Shown here: positions 35,862 to 46,052 of the stretch, in pieces
Layout: the number at the start of each line of letters is the position of its first letter
How positions within the stretch are numbered: position 1 is the first letter of the stretch
Assembly (NCBI GenBank): GCA_040386535.1
Contig: JAZKFH010000002.1
Coordinates: 32,001-96,000, forward strand
DNA: 64,000 nt
Origin: Myxococcota bacterium
GTDB taxonomy: Bacteria > Myxococcota_A > UBA796 > SXON01
Reading direction: 5' to 3'
The notes under the pieces: generated by a model
The model's input: the letters and a program-made list of their open reading frames with translations, nothing else
What the model was told of the DNA's origin: nothing
The model's database searches: none
Translations under genes and position numbers: made by a program

Positions 35862-38696
35862 CTACTCGCCGAACAACGTGTCGCCGAAGCCCTCGTACCC
35901 CCACCCATCCTCTCCTTTCACCGTCGGCTCGCCCGTGATCCAGCGCGCCATCGCCATCGGCACCGCGCCGTTGACGGCGGCCTCCACCCGCGCCCCTCCG
36001 GCCACCGGCGCGCCCCAGATCCCCACGAAGGCGTCCTTCTCGTGGAACGACTCGCCCGCGTGGCGCCCGGGGACGCGGGTGTTGTAGCCGACACCGGCGC
36101 GCGGGAAGAGGTTGATCGTGCCGGCGCGGTCGGTGTCGTAGAGGTGCGCGAGCTGGTTGACCGCGTCCTGGCGCTCGTTGAGGCGCGTGACCGCCAGCCA
36201 GTCGGCCTCCGTGCACCAGGTGGTGCGATCGGTCCGCGAAGCGGCGAGGCAGCGCGCGCGTTCGGTGGCGAGCTGGGAGGCCACGGCCGCGTCCACGGCG
36301 ACGTGGGGCGAGAGGCGGTCGAGCCCCAGCGGATCCTCGCCCGTGAAGCCGTACCACACGCGATCGCCGTGACGCTCCAGGGTCCCCACCGAAGCGCCTC
36401 GCAACACCTGGACTGTTCCGCCAGCGACGTCACACGCGGTCTCGCGCACCACGAGGTAGTCGAGCGTGTCACCCAGCCGGGTCAGGATCTCGGACACCAC
36501 GTCGATCGTGCGCCCTCCGAGCGTCTGGAGCGCGCGCAGCTCCGCGACCACGGGCTGGCGGCCCCAGCTGGGCCCCTGGTCGACGAAGAAGTCCATCATG
36601 TAGTTGCCGCCGGCGGTCGACGCGACGACCACGTCCACCCCCCGCACGGATGGCGGCCGCAAGCGATGGGTGAGCTTGGGCCCCTCCCCCTCGTCTGACG
36701 AGATCTTCCTCACGACCAGCTTCAACCCGGCCTTCTCCAGCCCGCCGATCACCTCCGCCTCCGGTGACACGATCCAACGCACGGTGGAGAGCCCGTGGTC
36801 GCCCGCCATGCCCCAGAGCGTGGTGTCGCTGACGCCGGCGCTGTCGTAGGTCGCGTCGATCTGTGTCAACCAATGATCCAGCCGGCGCAGCTCGCCGGTG
36901 GGTGACACGATCTCGTCGGAGAAGGGGCCCTTGGCATGCGCGAAGTGGTCCGGCCAGGGGTTGTAGTAGAGCAGGTAGTCCGGCATGGACACGGGCTCGA
37001 GTGCGGCCAATTCGCCGACGAGGGTGCGGGCCACGCGCCGCTCGTTGGATTGGATCCAGCGGTCGTACCACTCCCACGGATGGTGCTCCGCGCGCAGGAG
37101 CGCCTCACGGGACGACAAATCGGCGCGAAGCTCTGCGAGGCGCGCCTCGTTCTTCGCGCGCTGGCGCAATTCGCCCACGCAGCGCATGTCCCCGAAGTCA
37201 CGCGAGGCCTCACCCACCGCGAGCGAGAGCAGCGCGTCGAAGCTGTACCGCGCGGCCTCGTCGTATTGGCCGCCGCAGCTCATCGTCACGAGGTGGTCGA
37301 ACCGCTCGAACAGCGTCGTCATGCCCGCGGCCTTGGTCAGCGCGGTGAGCTGCAGTGCGTCGTTGCCGTAGAAGTACCAGGGGCGGCCCTGCGCGACGTC
37401 GGCGCCGTCGAGGACGAACGTGCGGTCCACGAAGTGGAAATTGGGGATGCCCGTGGCGCCGGCTCCCGCCACCGGGGCGCCAGTCTTCGCGATTGGGAGG
37501 TTGCGCACGCTGATCGTCGGCGTCGTGGAGATGCCGTTGCGCGCGATGCCGGGGCTCGTGTAGATCGTGGCGAAGAACGGGAGCAAGCCGGCCGTGCCGC
37601 TCGTCGCGGCGGCGTGGAGGAACCCGGTGGCCATCGGGGGGGCCGCCGTGGTGGAGTTCAGTGTGGGGCGCGCGGCGAGCTCCAGCCGCTCCTCCGCCAC
37701 CACCCGCGTGAGGAACGGATCCTGGGCCGCCCCCTTCGCGAGGGCCTCCACGAGATGGCCCTGCAGGCCGTCCACCACCACGTGCACCGCATGGCGACGC
37801 GTGCCGTGCCACCGGAGCCAGGTCCACCCGTCCACGTTGCCCGGCGTGAGCAGCTGGGCCTCCAACCACGCCGAGAGCTGCCGTTCGCGGTGCACCCGCG
37901 CCGAGAAGATGCGGTAGTGTTTGCACACCTCGAGATCCACGAATTCGACGAGGCTCAACGTCACGGCTTCGAGGGTGGTCGCGTCCGCGAGGATGTGGCG
38001 CACGGCATCGCGCATGTCCCCCGGCGCCATGCCGTCGGCGAGTGAGGTGAGGAGGCTCTTCACGATGGGGGCGCCGCGGGCCGCGCGGGCCCCGAGCGCG
38101 GCGTCGTCACGCGCGTCGCAGCTCAACCCTCCCACGGCGGCCGAGGCCCCCCGCGTCGCGTCGGGCGCGCTGCCCTGGAAGTAGACCGCGTCGTACAGAG
38201 ATAGCAGCCGCGCCGCCTGCTCCGCCGGGAGTCCGAGGCCCCCGCCTCCCTCGGCTACGGGCGGTGCGAACGAGAACAGGGAGTGCTCGAGGCCGGGCGT
38301 GCCATCGGATCGCACATTCGCACGCGCCCACGTCGCGAAGTCCTCCACGCCGGGGTCGTCGTACATCTGCTTCACGAACAACGCGAAGGGAACGAGCTCG
38401 TCGATCGTGTCCTCGCCGTGGATCCGCGCGTCGATCCGCGCCCGGACGTCGGGCTCCAGCGGGAGGGTCCCCACCCAGGTGGCGAGGCCGGCGGTGACCA
38501 CCCGCGTGGTCGCCCAGGCCGCGGGCACCTTCACCGACCACTTCGTCAGGTCGTACGCCTGCTCCAGCAGCGCGTGGGCCTCGCCGGCGAGCGGATCGGC
38601 GCCCGGCGGAGGCGGGGCGGGCCGATCCAGGGACGACACGATGAGCGCGAGGGCAACGGCACCGAGGCCGCCGAGGATCCAGCGTCGCTTGGACAT
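35862..38696 (-). CDS. Alkaline phosphatase superfamily (nucleotide pyrophosphatase/phosphodiesterase-like) protein
   Basis: VVVDGL, PTISVRN, PDHFAHAKGP, AGDHG, GRHAG; N-terminal TM/signal. Confidence 0.78.
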   Translation of the reverse strand: MSKRRWILGGLGAVALALIVSSLDRPAPPPPGADPLAGEAHALLEQAYDLTKWSVKVPAAWATTRVVTAGLATWVGTLPLEPDVRARIDARIHGEDTIDELVPFALFVKQMYDDPGVEDFATWARANVRSDGTPGLEHSLFSFAPPVAEGGGGLGLPAEQAARLLSLYDAVYFQGSAPDATRGASAAVGGLSCDARDDAALGARAARGAPIVKSLLTSLADGMAPGDMRDAVRHILADATTLEAVTLSLVEFVDLEVCKHYRIFSARVHRERQLSAWLEAQLLTPGNVDGWTWLRWHGTRRHAVHVVVDGLQGHLVEALAKGAAQDPFLTRVVAEERLELAARPTLNSTTAAPPMATGFLHAAATSGTAGLLPFFATIYTSPGIARNGISTTPTISVRNLPIAKTGAPVAGAGATGIPNFHFVDRTFVLDGADVAQGRPWYFYGNDALQLTALTKAAGMTTLFERFDHLVTMSCGGQYDEAARYSFDALLSLAVGEASRDFGDMRCVGELRQRAKNEARLAELRADLSSREALLRAEHHPWEWYDRWIQSNERRVARTLVGELAALEPVSMPDYLLYYNPWPDHFAHAKGPFSDEIVSPTGELRRLDHWLTQIDATYDSAGVSDTTLWGMAGDHGLSTVRWIVSPEAEVIGGLEKAGLKLVVRKISSDEGEGPKLTHRLRPPSVRGVDVVVASTAGGNYMMDFFVDQGPSWGRQPVVAELRALQTLGGRTIDVVSEILTRLGDTLDYLVVRETACDVAGGTVQVLRGASVGTLERHGDRVWYGFTGEDPLGLDRLSPHVAVDAAVASQLATERARCLAASRTDRTTWCTEADWLAVTRLNERQDAVNQLAHLYDTDRAGTINLFPRAGVGYNTRVPGRHAGESFHEKDAFVGIWGAPVAGGARVEAAVNGAVPMAMARWITGEPTVKGEDGWGYEGFGDTLFGE

Positions 38697-38759
38697 GGGA
38701 GAGCTCCGCCCGGGCGTTTACCACGATGCCGGGCAGATCCGGGCGCGCGACCGGAGGAT

Positions 38760-39233
38760 CTACGCCCGTGCGGGCACGGCCTTCGGCGGCCAGTCGCCGG
38801 TCAGCAGCGCGGCGAAGAACAGCGGGCCGATGAGCGCGTGGGCCATGTTCTTGAGGAAGGCGGGCCGATTCTTCTCCCAGATCGAGTGCCCGGCGAGCTG
38901 GATCCCCCACGCGCCGACCGCGATGACGACGACTGCCCACCAGGGCGTCACCGCGCCGATGGGAAAGCAGATCCCGAAGAACAGCGCCATCAGCAGGCCG
39001 AGGCGCACGTTGAGGGTGAGGTACCAACCCACGGCGCCGACGAACGCGAGGTGCCCGAGCGACAGCATGTAGCCACCCGTGCCCGGGATCTCGACGAGCC
39101 GCACCCAGTCAAGCATCGCGACGACGTGGAACACGATGAGGGGGATGGCAATCTTGTGGGTGAGCCGGTTCGTGGGATGACGATGGCCGTCGGCGTAGTC
39201 CTGGAAGAGGGCGTGAAGGCGGGCATCGAGCAT
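38760..39233 (-). CDS. DUF962/Mpo1-like membrane protein
   Basis: Y..GHRHPTNR..HKIAIP, QLAGH.IWEKNRPAF, LIGPLF. Confidence 0.88.
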   Translation of the reverse strand: MLDARLHALFQDYADGHRHPTNRLTHKIAIPLIVFHVVAMLDWVRLVEIPGTGGYMLSLGHLAFVGAVGWYLTLNVRLGLLMALFFGICFPIGAVTPWWAVVVIAVGAWGIQLAGHSIWEKNRPAFLKNMAHALIGPLFFAALLTGDWPPKAVPARA

Positions 39234-39379
39234 GGGGCGGCCTCGTGGGAGGAAGCGGATATCCACCGACCCGGCCGTCGGCTACCCGCCCTCGCCCCGG
39301 CGATGAACCGGGGGGGCGCACCCCGGGCGTCCGGTGGGGCCGGGCCTGCCAACCGGCTACGTTCCGCGCGGAGGCAGAG

Positions 39380-39694
39380 ATGTCGCACTTTGGCGTGAAG
39401 CAGATGTCGTGCACCCTCTGCGGGGGCTCGTTCCGCCTCGTCGGCGGCGCGATGGTCCACCCCGCCGACGTGTTGTGCAACACCTGCGTTCTGTCCCTCT
39501 ACGATCGGCTCCCCACCGAGCCCCTCGCGGATCTGAAGGCGTGGTGCGAGGCGCGCTTGAAGCCGCGCATGGGGATGATGCCGCCCACGCTCGCGCAGGC
39601 CATCGTCGACCGCCTCGAGCGGCTGCCCGAGGTGGTGCAGAGCCGCGCCGAGCTGGAGACCATGCTCGCGAATCGCAGCGTCGTAGGCGGGTAA
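39380..39694 (+). CDS. Small C4 zinc-binding protein
   Basis: GGAGG RBS, CTLC...LCNTC. Confidence 0.6.
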   Translation: MSHFGVKQMSCTLCGGSFRLVGGAMVHPADVLCNTCVLSLYDRLPTEPLADLKAWCEARLKPRMGMMPPTLAQAIVDRLERLPEVVQSRAELETMLANRSVVGG

Positions 39695-39766
39695 AATTCC
39701 CTCGCCTCCGCACGGACCATTTTATGTCCGCATGTCCGGCTAAGGTGCGTCCACCTCCGGAGCCCC

Positions 39767-40162
39767 ATGTCCTCGCGTTCTCATGCGCTCGTCGTCGACG
39801 ATGATGCCCTCGTGCGCCAGTACATGCGCGACGTGCTCGTCGCGGAGGGGTGGGGCGTGACCGAGGCGGCGGATGGCGTCGAGGCGCTCCACGCCTATCG
39901 GGTAGGCGGCTTCGGCCTGGTGGTGCTGGACATGGTGATGCCGAACCTGGGCGGATTGGACGTGGTGCGCGCGATACGGGCGATCGACGTGCAGGTGCCC
40001 GTACTCCTGGTGAGCGGCAACACCGCGCCGGGCACGATCGAGGCAGGGATAGCGCTCGGTCGATGCCGATTCCTGGCCAAGCCCTTCCGCGCCGCCGCGC
40101 TCCTCACGGCGATCGACACGGTGATGAGCGACCTGTCGCCGGAGCTGTCCGACGCGCCCTGA
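39767..40162 (+). CDS. Single-domain response regulator (CheY-like)
   Basis: LVVDDD, LDMVMP, VSG, KPF. Confidence 0.93.
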   Translation: MSSRSHALVVDDDALVRQYMRDVLVAEGWGVTEAADGVEALHAYRVGGFGLVVLDMVMPNLGGLDVVRAIRAIDVQVPVLLVSGNTAPGTIEAGIALGRCRFLAKPFRAAALLTAIDTVMSDLSPELSDAP

Positions 40163-40230
40163 CGGTCCAGTGCGTGCCCGGCCCGCCCGCTCGCCCGCTC
40201 CCCCCGCACATCCACACCCCGGCCTGTTGT

Positions 40231-43200
40231 ATGTTCCGCCGCATGTCCCCCTACGGTCGGCCCTTCGGGGTCCTTCTCCTCCTCGCCTCCGGCGTCTCCT
40301 CGCTCCCGGGCTGCGCGCCCGAGGGCTGCCTCTCCGGGGAGGATGGCTGCATCATCCCCTCCCCCTGCGAGGAGCTGGCTTTCACCTGTGAGGGTGGATC
40401 GACCGAGGTCTACGTCATCGGCGCGGGTGACACCCTACCCACACAGGCCGCCACGCTCGCGTCCCCGGGCGACATCGTGCTGGGCAACGACAAGGTGGTG
40501 GCCGTCATCGAGGCGCTCGATCACCCGCACTACCTCGGGCCCACCGGCGGCGGGTTGCTCGACTTCACGACGCGGGATCTCTCGGGCGCGAACGCCACGA
40601 ACGACTCGCTCCGGCACGTCTTCCCCACCACGGGCGTGCTCCCGGGCGACGCCGCGAATTTCACGTCCGTCGAGATCTTCGACGAGGGTGACATCAAGGC
40701 CGTGCAGCTCCTCGGCACGCTCGACGGGTACCCCGACGTGCGCATCGCCACCCGGTACGAGGTGCGCCCCTGCGAGCCCGGCGTGCGCATCCGCACGGAG
40801 ATCGTGAACGAGACGGTCGACACGCTCTCGTGGTTCCCCACCGACGCCTGGTACTTCGGGGACCGCGGCAACCTCCCCTTCGTGCCGGGGCCCGGCCTGG
40901 GCTTCACCTACCCCCCGTTCGGCCTGACCACCCTGCTCGACGGCTTCCGCGACGTGCCGTACATGGTGTCGGCCACGCACAGCAACCCGAACGGTGGCTC
41001 CGCGGCGGCCTACGCCGAGGTCGCGTGCAGTGAGGAGGCCCTCTCCGGCTTCCACAGCGTCCAGATCTCCGCGATCGGGCAGACCCCGCGCGTCGTGCAG
41101 CCGCGCGACTACTCGGTCTTCGAGCGCTTCATCGCCGCGGTCGACGGGCGTTCCGTCTCCTCCGCGGGTGACCTCGCGCTCGAGCTGCGCGAGCAGCTCT
41201 TCGGCGAGCCCTACACGGAGCTCTCGGGCACGGTGATCGCGCCGGGCGGCACCCTCGGGGAGGGCTTGCGCGCGAGCGTGCTCATCGCCGAGGGCAACGC
41301 GGGGATGGCGTTGGAGGCGCGCACGCCGTGGAGCCACACCTACCCCGACGCGAACGGGCGCTGGTCCGTGCGCGTGCCGGCGGGCCGCGACTACGTCGTG
41401 ACCGCAGAGGCGTTCGGCCAGCCCGCGGGCGAGGTCGAGGTGAGCGTCGGGACGGACGCCACCGAGGCGCCCTCGATGACCCTGGCGGCCGCCGCCGAGG
41501 TCACGATCGACGCCACGATCGACGGCGTGGCGGACCACGTGCTCGTGTTCGTGGTCCCGGCGGACGACGCGACGGACACCGCCGCCACCGGCGAGATGTT
41601 CGGCCACTTCGGGGCCTGCGCGCCCCTCCTCGGCAACCCGCACGGCCCCTCCCCGGCCTGCAATCGCGTGCTCGTCAACGGCCCGACCACCATCGCCATG
41701 CCGCCCGGCACCTATGACTTCGTGGCCGTGGCGGGCCCGTTCTCGTCGATGGGCGCGGCCCTCGGTGTCACCGTCGCCGCGGGCACCGGCCAGTCCGTCG
41801 CGCTCGAGATCGAGATGCTCGATCTGCAGCCCACGGGCACGCTCACCGGGGACTTCCACATCCACGGCGGCGCCTCGTTCGACAGCGGCATCCCCGATGT
41901 CGACCGCGTCAAGGCGTTCCTCGCTTCGCGCATCCAGGTGCTCGCGACCACCGAGCACGACACCGTGTGGGACTACTCCGCGGCGGCCGAGGCGCTCGGC
42001 GCGTCCGACCGGATGCAGCTCATCTCGGGCACGGAGTCGACCGGCCACATCCTGTTCCCCTTCCGCACCGACTACGGCTTCCCGCTCGTCGTCGGGCACT
42101 GGAACTTCTGGCCCGTCGCCTTCGATCCCGCCGGGCCCTACCGCGGCGCCTCGTGGGACGAGCTGGCCGAGCCGGGCGCGCTGATGACACGGCAGCGGGA
42201 CGAGGGGAATTGGGACCCGGACATCGGCGTGGCCCAGCTGAATCACCCCTTCGGCGGCCTGCAGTTCGGGCGCAACTACGGCTGGATCAGCGCCACGGGC
42301 ATGGACATCGACGAGCCGCCGCAGGAGTCGTACGATGGCTCCGGGCAGAGCCTCTTCCTCCACACGCCCGACGGCGCGGACTTCTCCAACGCTGACTACG
42401 ACGTGCAGGAGGTCATGAACGGCACGAAGAACGAGCTGTTGCTCGGCTACCGGGCGTTCTGGTTCTACCTGCTGAACCACGGCATCGTCCGCGCGGGCAC
42501 CGCCAACAGCGACTCCCACTCGCTCACCGAGAACGTGGTCGGGAGCCCCCTCAACCTCGTGTGGAGCGACACGACGTTCGAGTCGTTCGACCTCGGCACG
42601 TTCGACGCCTCGCTCCGCGAAGGGCGCTCCATCGGCACGAACGGCCCCGTGATCGAGGCGCGGGTGACCGACACCGGCACCACCCGCTCCCCGTCCGTCG
42701 TCCCCTTCACGCCCGGCGCGGCCGCCCAGCTCGAGATCGTCCTGACCGCCGCGCCGTGGGTCCCGATCGACGAGGTGCGCATCCTCGTCAATGGGGAGGT
42801 GGTGCGCACCCTGACCGACGAGCTCGTCACCCCCGCGGATCCGTTCGGCACCGACATCACCACCCGCCTCTCCGTGACGATCCCGCTCTCCGAGCTGGTC
42901 CCCGCCTCGGGGGACGCGTGGCTGCTGATCGAGGCGGGCGCGCCGCTCACGGACAACGTGGATCTCGACTGTGACGGGTTCCCCGACACGGGTGACAACA
43001 ACGGGGACGGCGTCATCGACGATCTCGACGTGGACACGAACGCCGACGGCGTGGTGGACGGGCTCGACGCCCTCCCCGAGGTCGACTCCGCCGGGTGCCT
43101 CTCCGCCTCCGGCCCGATGACCGAGCCCGCCGCCCCCGAGCGCGGCACGCCGGCGTGGTACTTCCGCGCCGTGACCCCGCCGCACGGCTATCCGATGTCG

Positions 43201-43263
43201 TTCACCAACCCCTTCTTCGTCGATGGCGACGCGGACGGCACGTTCACCGGGGTGGATCAGTGA
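40231..43263 (+). CDS. PHP-domain (CehA/McbA-like) metallohydrolase lipoprotein with C-terminal Ca-binding DxDxDG repeats
   Basis: LPGC lipobox; GDFHIH, TTEHD, GHWNFWP, LNHP, ANSDSH, GTNGP; DNNGDGVIDDLDVDTNADG; start 40231 or 40243. Confidence 0.8.
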   Translation: MFRRMSPYGRPFGVLLLLASGVSSLPGCAPEGCLSGEDGCIIPSPCEELAFTCEGGSTEVYVIGAGDTLPTQAATLASPGDIVLGNDKVVAVIEALDHPHYLGPTGGGLLDFTTRDLSGANATNDSLRHVFPTTGVLPGDAANFTSVEIFDEGDIKAVQLLGTLDGYPDVRIATRYEVRPCEPGVRIRTEIVNETVDTLSWFPTDAWYFGDRGNLPFVPGPGLGFTYPPFGLTTLLDGFRDVPYMVSATHSNPNGGSAAAYAEVACSEEALSGFHSVQISAIGQTPRVVQPRDYSVFERFIAAVDGRSVSSAGDLALELREQLFGEPYTELSGTVIAPGGTLGEGLRASVLIAEGNAGMALEARTPWSHTYPDANGRWSVRVPAGRDYVVTAEAFGQPAGEVEVSVGTDATEAPSMTLAAAAEVTIDATIDGVADHVLVFVVPADDATDTAATGEMFGHFGACAPLLGNPHGPSPACNRVLVNGPTTIAMPPGTYDFVAVAGPFSSMGAALGVTVAAGTGQSVALEIEMLDLQPTGTLTGDFHIHGGASFDSGIPDVDRVKAFLASRIQVLATTEHDTVWDYSAAAEALGASDRMQLISGTESTGHILFPFRTDYGFPLVVGHWNFWPVAFDPAGPYRGASWDELAEPGALMTRQRDEGNWDPDIGVAQLNHPFGGLQFGRNYGWISATGMDIDEPPQESYDGSGQSLFLHTPDGADFSNADYDVQEVMNGTKNELLLGYRAFWFYLLNHGIVRAGTANSDSHSLTENVVGSPLNLVWSDTTFESFDLGTFDASLREGRSIGTNGPVIEARVTDTGTTRSPSVVPFTPGAAAQLEIVLTAAPWVPIDEVRILVNGEVVRTLTDELVTPADPFGTDITTRLSVTIPLSELVPASGDAWLLIEAGAPLTDNVDLDCDGFPDTGDNNGDGVIDDLDVDTNADGVVDGLDALPEVDSAGCLSASGPMTEPAAPERGTPAWYFRAVTPPHGYPMSFTNPFFVDGDADGTFTGVDQ

Positions 43264-44135
43264 TGGGCGCTGCGTTGCTGGCTTCGGTGTGGTTGGCCTC
43301 GACGGTGTTGTCGTCCACGGCCTGGGCCGGCCCCTGCGAGGCGGACACCACCGGCATCGCCTCCGGCCCCGTGACCGTCGGCTTCCAGGACGGTGACCTG
43401 GGGGTGCCGCGCCGCGTGTGTGGCCGCACGGAGGTGGCGCTCGCCCCCGGCGGGCTCGCCGTGGTCGACACGGCGAACTTCTACGGGCACATCGTGGCGG
43501 GGGGCTCGTTGGAGGGCAGCTGGGCGCCGTCGCGACGCACCGAGGTGTTCGCGAGCATCGAGGCGTTCCGCTACGACAGCGTCATCACGCCGATCACCGC
43601 GACCTACATGGGCTTCGGCCACATCGCGGTCGGGGCCTCCCAGCGGCTCTGGGACAACGACACGTTCGCCGTCGGCCTCCACGGCCGGGTCGTGGCGCCC
43701 ACCGCGGTGGGCCTTTACCGGAACGCCTACCCCATCGGCCTCGACGTGGGCGTGTCCGGGCTCTGGGCTCCCCTCCCCACCCTCCGCGTGCACGCCGACG
43801 TGGCGGGGCTGGGCTCGGCGGCGATCTCGCACGGCCCCGCCCTGCCACGGGCCGGCGCCCGGGTGATGCTCGGGGGCGAGTGGCAGCCGGTGAAGCCGTT
43901 CGCGTTGGTGCTCGATGTCACCTCCGGGTTCGGCTACACCGCCCCTGTCGACCACGTGGCGGGTTCGCTCGGGCTGCGCTTCGCCGTGGGCGAGCGCGTC
44001 GGGATCGAGCTCGGCGCGAGTGTGCCGTTCGCCGGCCGCGAACGCGCGCTGGCCGCGGGGGAGCTGAAGGTCAACGTGCGCCTCGGCAAGCTCGAGGGAC
44101 ACGTAGCGGCTCCCAAGCCCGTCCCGCCCGGCTGA
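43263..44135 (+). CDS. Putative outer-membrane beta-barrel protein
   Basis: TGATG coupling; signal peptide ending AWA; alternating amphipathic beta strands rich in Gly/aromatics. Confidence 0.55.
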   Translation: MGAALLASVWLASTVLSSTAWAGPCEADTTGIASGPVTVGFQDGDLGVPRRVCGRTEVALAPGGLAVVDTANFYGHIVAGGSLEGSWAPSRRTEVFASIEAFRYDSVITPITATYMGFGHIAVGASQRLWDNDTFAVGLHGRVVAPTAVGLYRNAYPIGLDVGVSGLWAPLPTLRVHADVAGLGSAAISHGPALPRAGARVMLGGEWQPVKPFALVLDVTSGFGYTAPVDHVAGSLGLRFAVGERVGIELGASVPFAGRERALAAGELKVNVRLGKLEGHVAAPKPVPPG

Positions 44136-44169
44136 TCACCGGGCGGGAGCGCCTCGGGCCGTGAGCGGG

Positions 44170-45912
44170 CTACCCCGCCGCGACCGCGACCATGCCGCCG
44201 AACGCCGCGGCGATGGCGCTCACGACCGCGGTGGCCACGCTCCACCACGCCGCGGACGCCGCGGTCTTGCGGGCCTCCTCGGCCTGCTTCATCGTCTCGT
44301 CCCGCGCCACGAGGAGCCGACGTTCGACCTCGTCCCGCACCGCGCGCACGCGCCGGGTGACCGAGTCCCGCGCGGCCTCCACCTGCTGGAGGATGCGCTC
44401 CGCGTCCTGCTCGGAGAGGTCCCGGCGGGAGGCGAGGATCGCCTTGACCGTGTCCCGGTCGATCGCCTTGACCCGCTCGGCGAGCGCCTCGGCGCCCACG
44501 CCCGGCTCCTCCAGGAGGCGCTCGATGTCGGTCCGGACGCCCTCGTAGTCGAGCTCCGGCCGGTCCAGCGACTCCAGGTAGGCGCGCACCTTGCTCGTCG
44601 CCCGTTCGCGCGCGCCCGTCGTCTCGGGGCTCGGCGCCGCGGCCCCCTTCCCGCGCGGCACGATCGAGCGGGCCCACCGCTCCACGGTGTCGAGGATGCG
44701 GTGCGCCTCGTCGGGGCTGATGTCGGAGCGCTGCGCCAGGATGGCCTCGATCGTGCCGCGATCGATCATGCGGACACGGTCACGCAGGGCGGTGAACCCC
44801 ATCGACGGCTCCGCGAACAGGCGATCGAGGTCGTGCTTGATCCCGTCGGGGTCGAGCGCCTCCTTGCCCGTGCTCCGCAGCCACTCCTCGATGCGGGTCC
44901 GGGTCGAGGCCGCCTCGTCCTTGCTCCGCCCGGTGAGGCGGAGCGCCGTGTCCGCAACGGTGGTCACGGTGTCCTTGCCCGAGAACGCCTCCTCCTTGAT
45001 GACCCGAAGCGCGTCGTCCACCCCTTGGGCGACCGCCTGCACGTCCCGGCCCTGCATCGTGGGCCGCGCGCGCAGCACACTCACGACGACCTCCCGATCG
45101 ACCAGGGGCTCGCCCTCGTGCTCCGCGATGGCCTGGATCTCGGTCTCGTTGAAGAGCTGCTGCACCTCCCGGCGCACCGACGCGGGATCGATGGGCTTCG
45201 GCGCGAGCTGCTGGACGTAGCCGCGGACCTCGTCGCGCACCCGATCCATTCGCACGTCCCGGAACAGCTCGTCCTTCACCGCGCGGGTGATGCGCGCGGC
45301 CGTGTCCGCCGCGCGGGTGTCCTCGGAGCGCGCGAAGGCGCCGGACATCCCACCCCACGCCGAGCTGATCCCGGTCCCGACGGTCTTGAGCAGGGTGCCG
45401 ACCAGCGACCACGCCGCCGTGGCCTGCACGGTGGACATCACCAGGTAGAACAATGCCCAGATCGTCAGGCCGATGACGGCGCCCAGCAACGAGCTGATCG
45501 TCAGGGAGAGCTCGACCGCCAGCCAACTGGCGAAGAACAACGCGAGGCTCGCCGTGACCAACGCCCACAGGCCGATGCCACGGGTGAATTGGCGCGCGCG
45601 TTCGCCGAACGTGGACGCCCGGTCCGGCCGGCGCGCGTGCCGCTCCCGGTCGTCCCGATCCTCGTCGGGCGTGATCTTGAAGGCGCTCACCCCGGCCGCG
45701 AAGGAGAGGTTGGTGAGCAGGAATTGGAAGCCGACAGCGAGGACGAGGCCCGCGAAGATGGCGAGCCAGAAGTTTGGACCGGCCATCAGTGCGGTCGCCT
45801 CCTGTGGTGAGAGTACGAACGGATCCTGGGCGTGGGCGCGTGTCGCGAGACCCACGCCCAGCAGGCCGACAAGGAGCGCTCTGTTGGCGCCCCGGTTTGC
45901 AAGTCGAAACAT
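44170..45912 (-). CDS. Membrane protein with internal helical repeats (uncharacterised)
   Basis: 3-4 N-terminal TMs and 1 C-terminal TM; repeats LDPDGIKHDL..IDRGTIEAIL..RSDIS / LDYEGVRTDI..IDRDTVKAIL..RRDLS. Confidence 0.75.
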   Translation of the reverse strand: MFRLANRGANRALLVGLLGVGLATRAHAQDPFVLSPQEATALMAGPNFWLAIFAGLVLAVGFQFLLTNLSFAAGVSAFKITPDEDRDDRERHARRPDRASTFGERARQFTRGIGLWALVTASLALFFASWLAVELSLTISSLLGAVIGLTIWALFYLVMSTVQATAAWSLVGTLLKTVGTGISSAWGGMSGAFARSEDTRAADTAARITRAVKDELFRDVRMDRVRDEVRGYVQQLAPKPIDPASVRREVQQLFNETEIQAIAEHEGEPLVDREVVVSVLRARPTMQGRDVQAVAQGVDDALRVIKEEAFSGKDTVTTVADTALRLTGRSKDEAASTRTRIEEWLRSTGKEALDPDGIKHDLDRLFAEPSMGFTALRDRVRMIDRGTIEAILAQRSDISPDEAHRILDTVERWARSIVPRGKGAAAPSPETTGARERATSKVRAYLESLDRPELDYEGVRTDIERLLEEPGVGAEALAERVKAIDRDTVKAILASRRDLSEQDAERILQQVEAARDSVTRRVRAVRDEVERRLLVARDETMKQAEEARKTAASAAWWSVATAVVSAIAAAFGGMVAVAAG

Positions 45913-46052
45913 GGTCCCCCCCAATGATCCAAGCTAAACGCCGGCCTCCGGGGGGTGAAGCGAGGCGCCGCCCGGCGGGCGAAATATCCACGTGCCACAC
46001 AAGCGGGCAGGCCGGCCCTCGGCTACGGTGTCGCGCCTCTCTCGGAGCCTCG

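Noticed and set aside
45980..46000. TGGCACG as a sigma54 -24 element upstream of the 44170..45912 gene
   Set aside because: The -12 position reads TATT rather than TTGC; insufficient support
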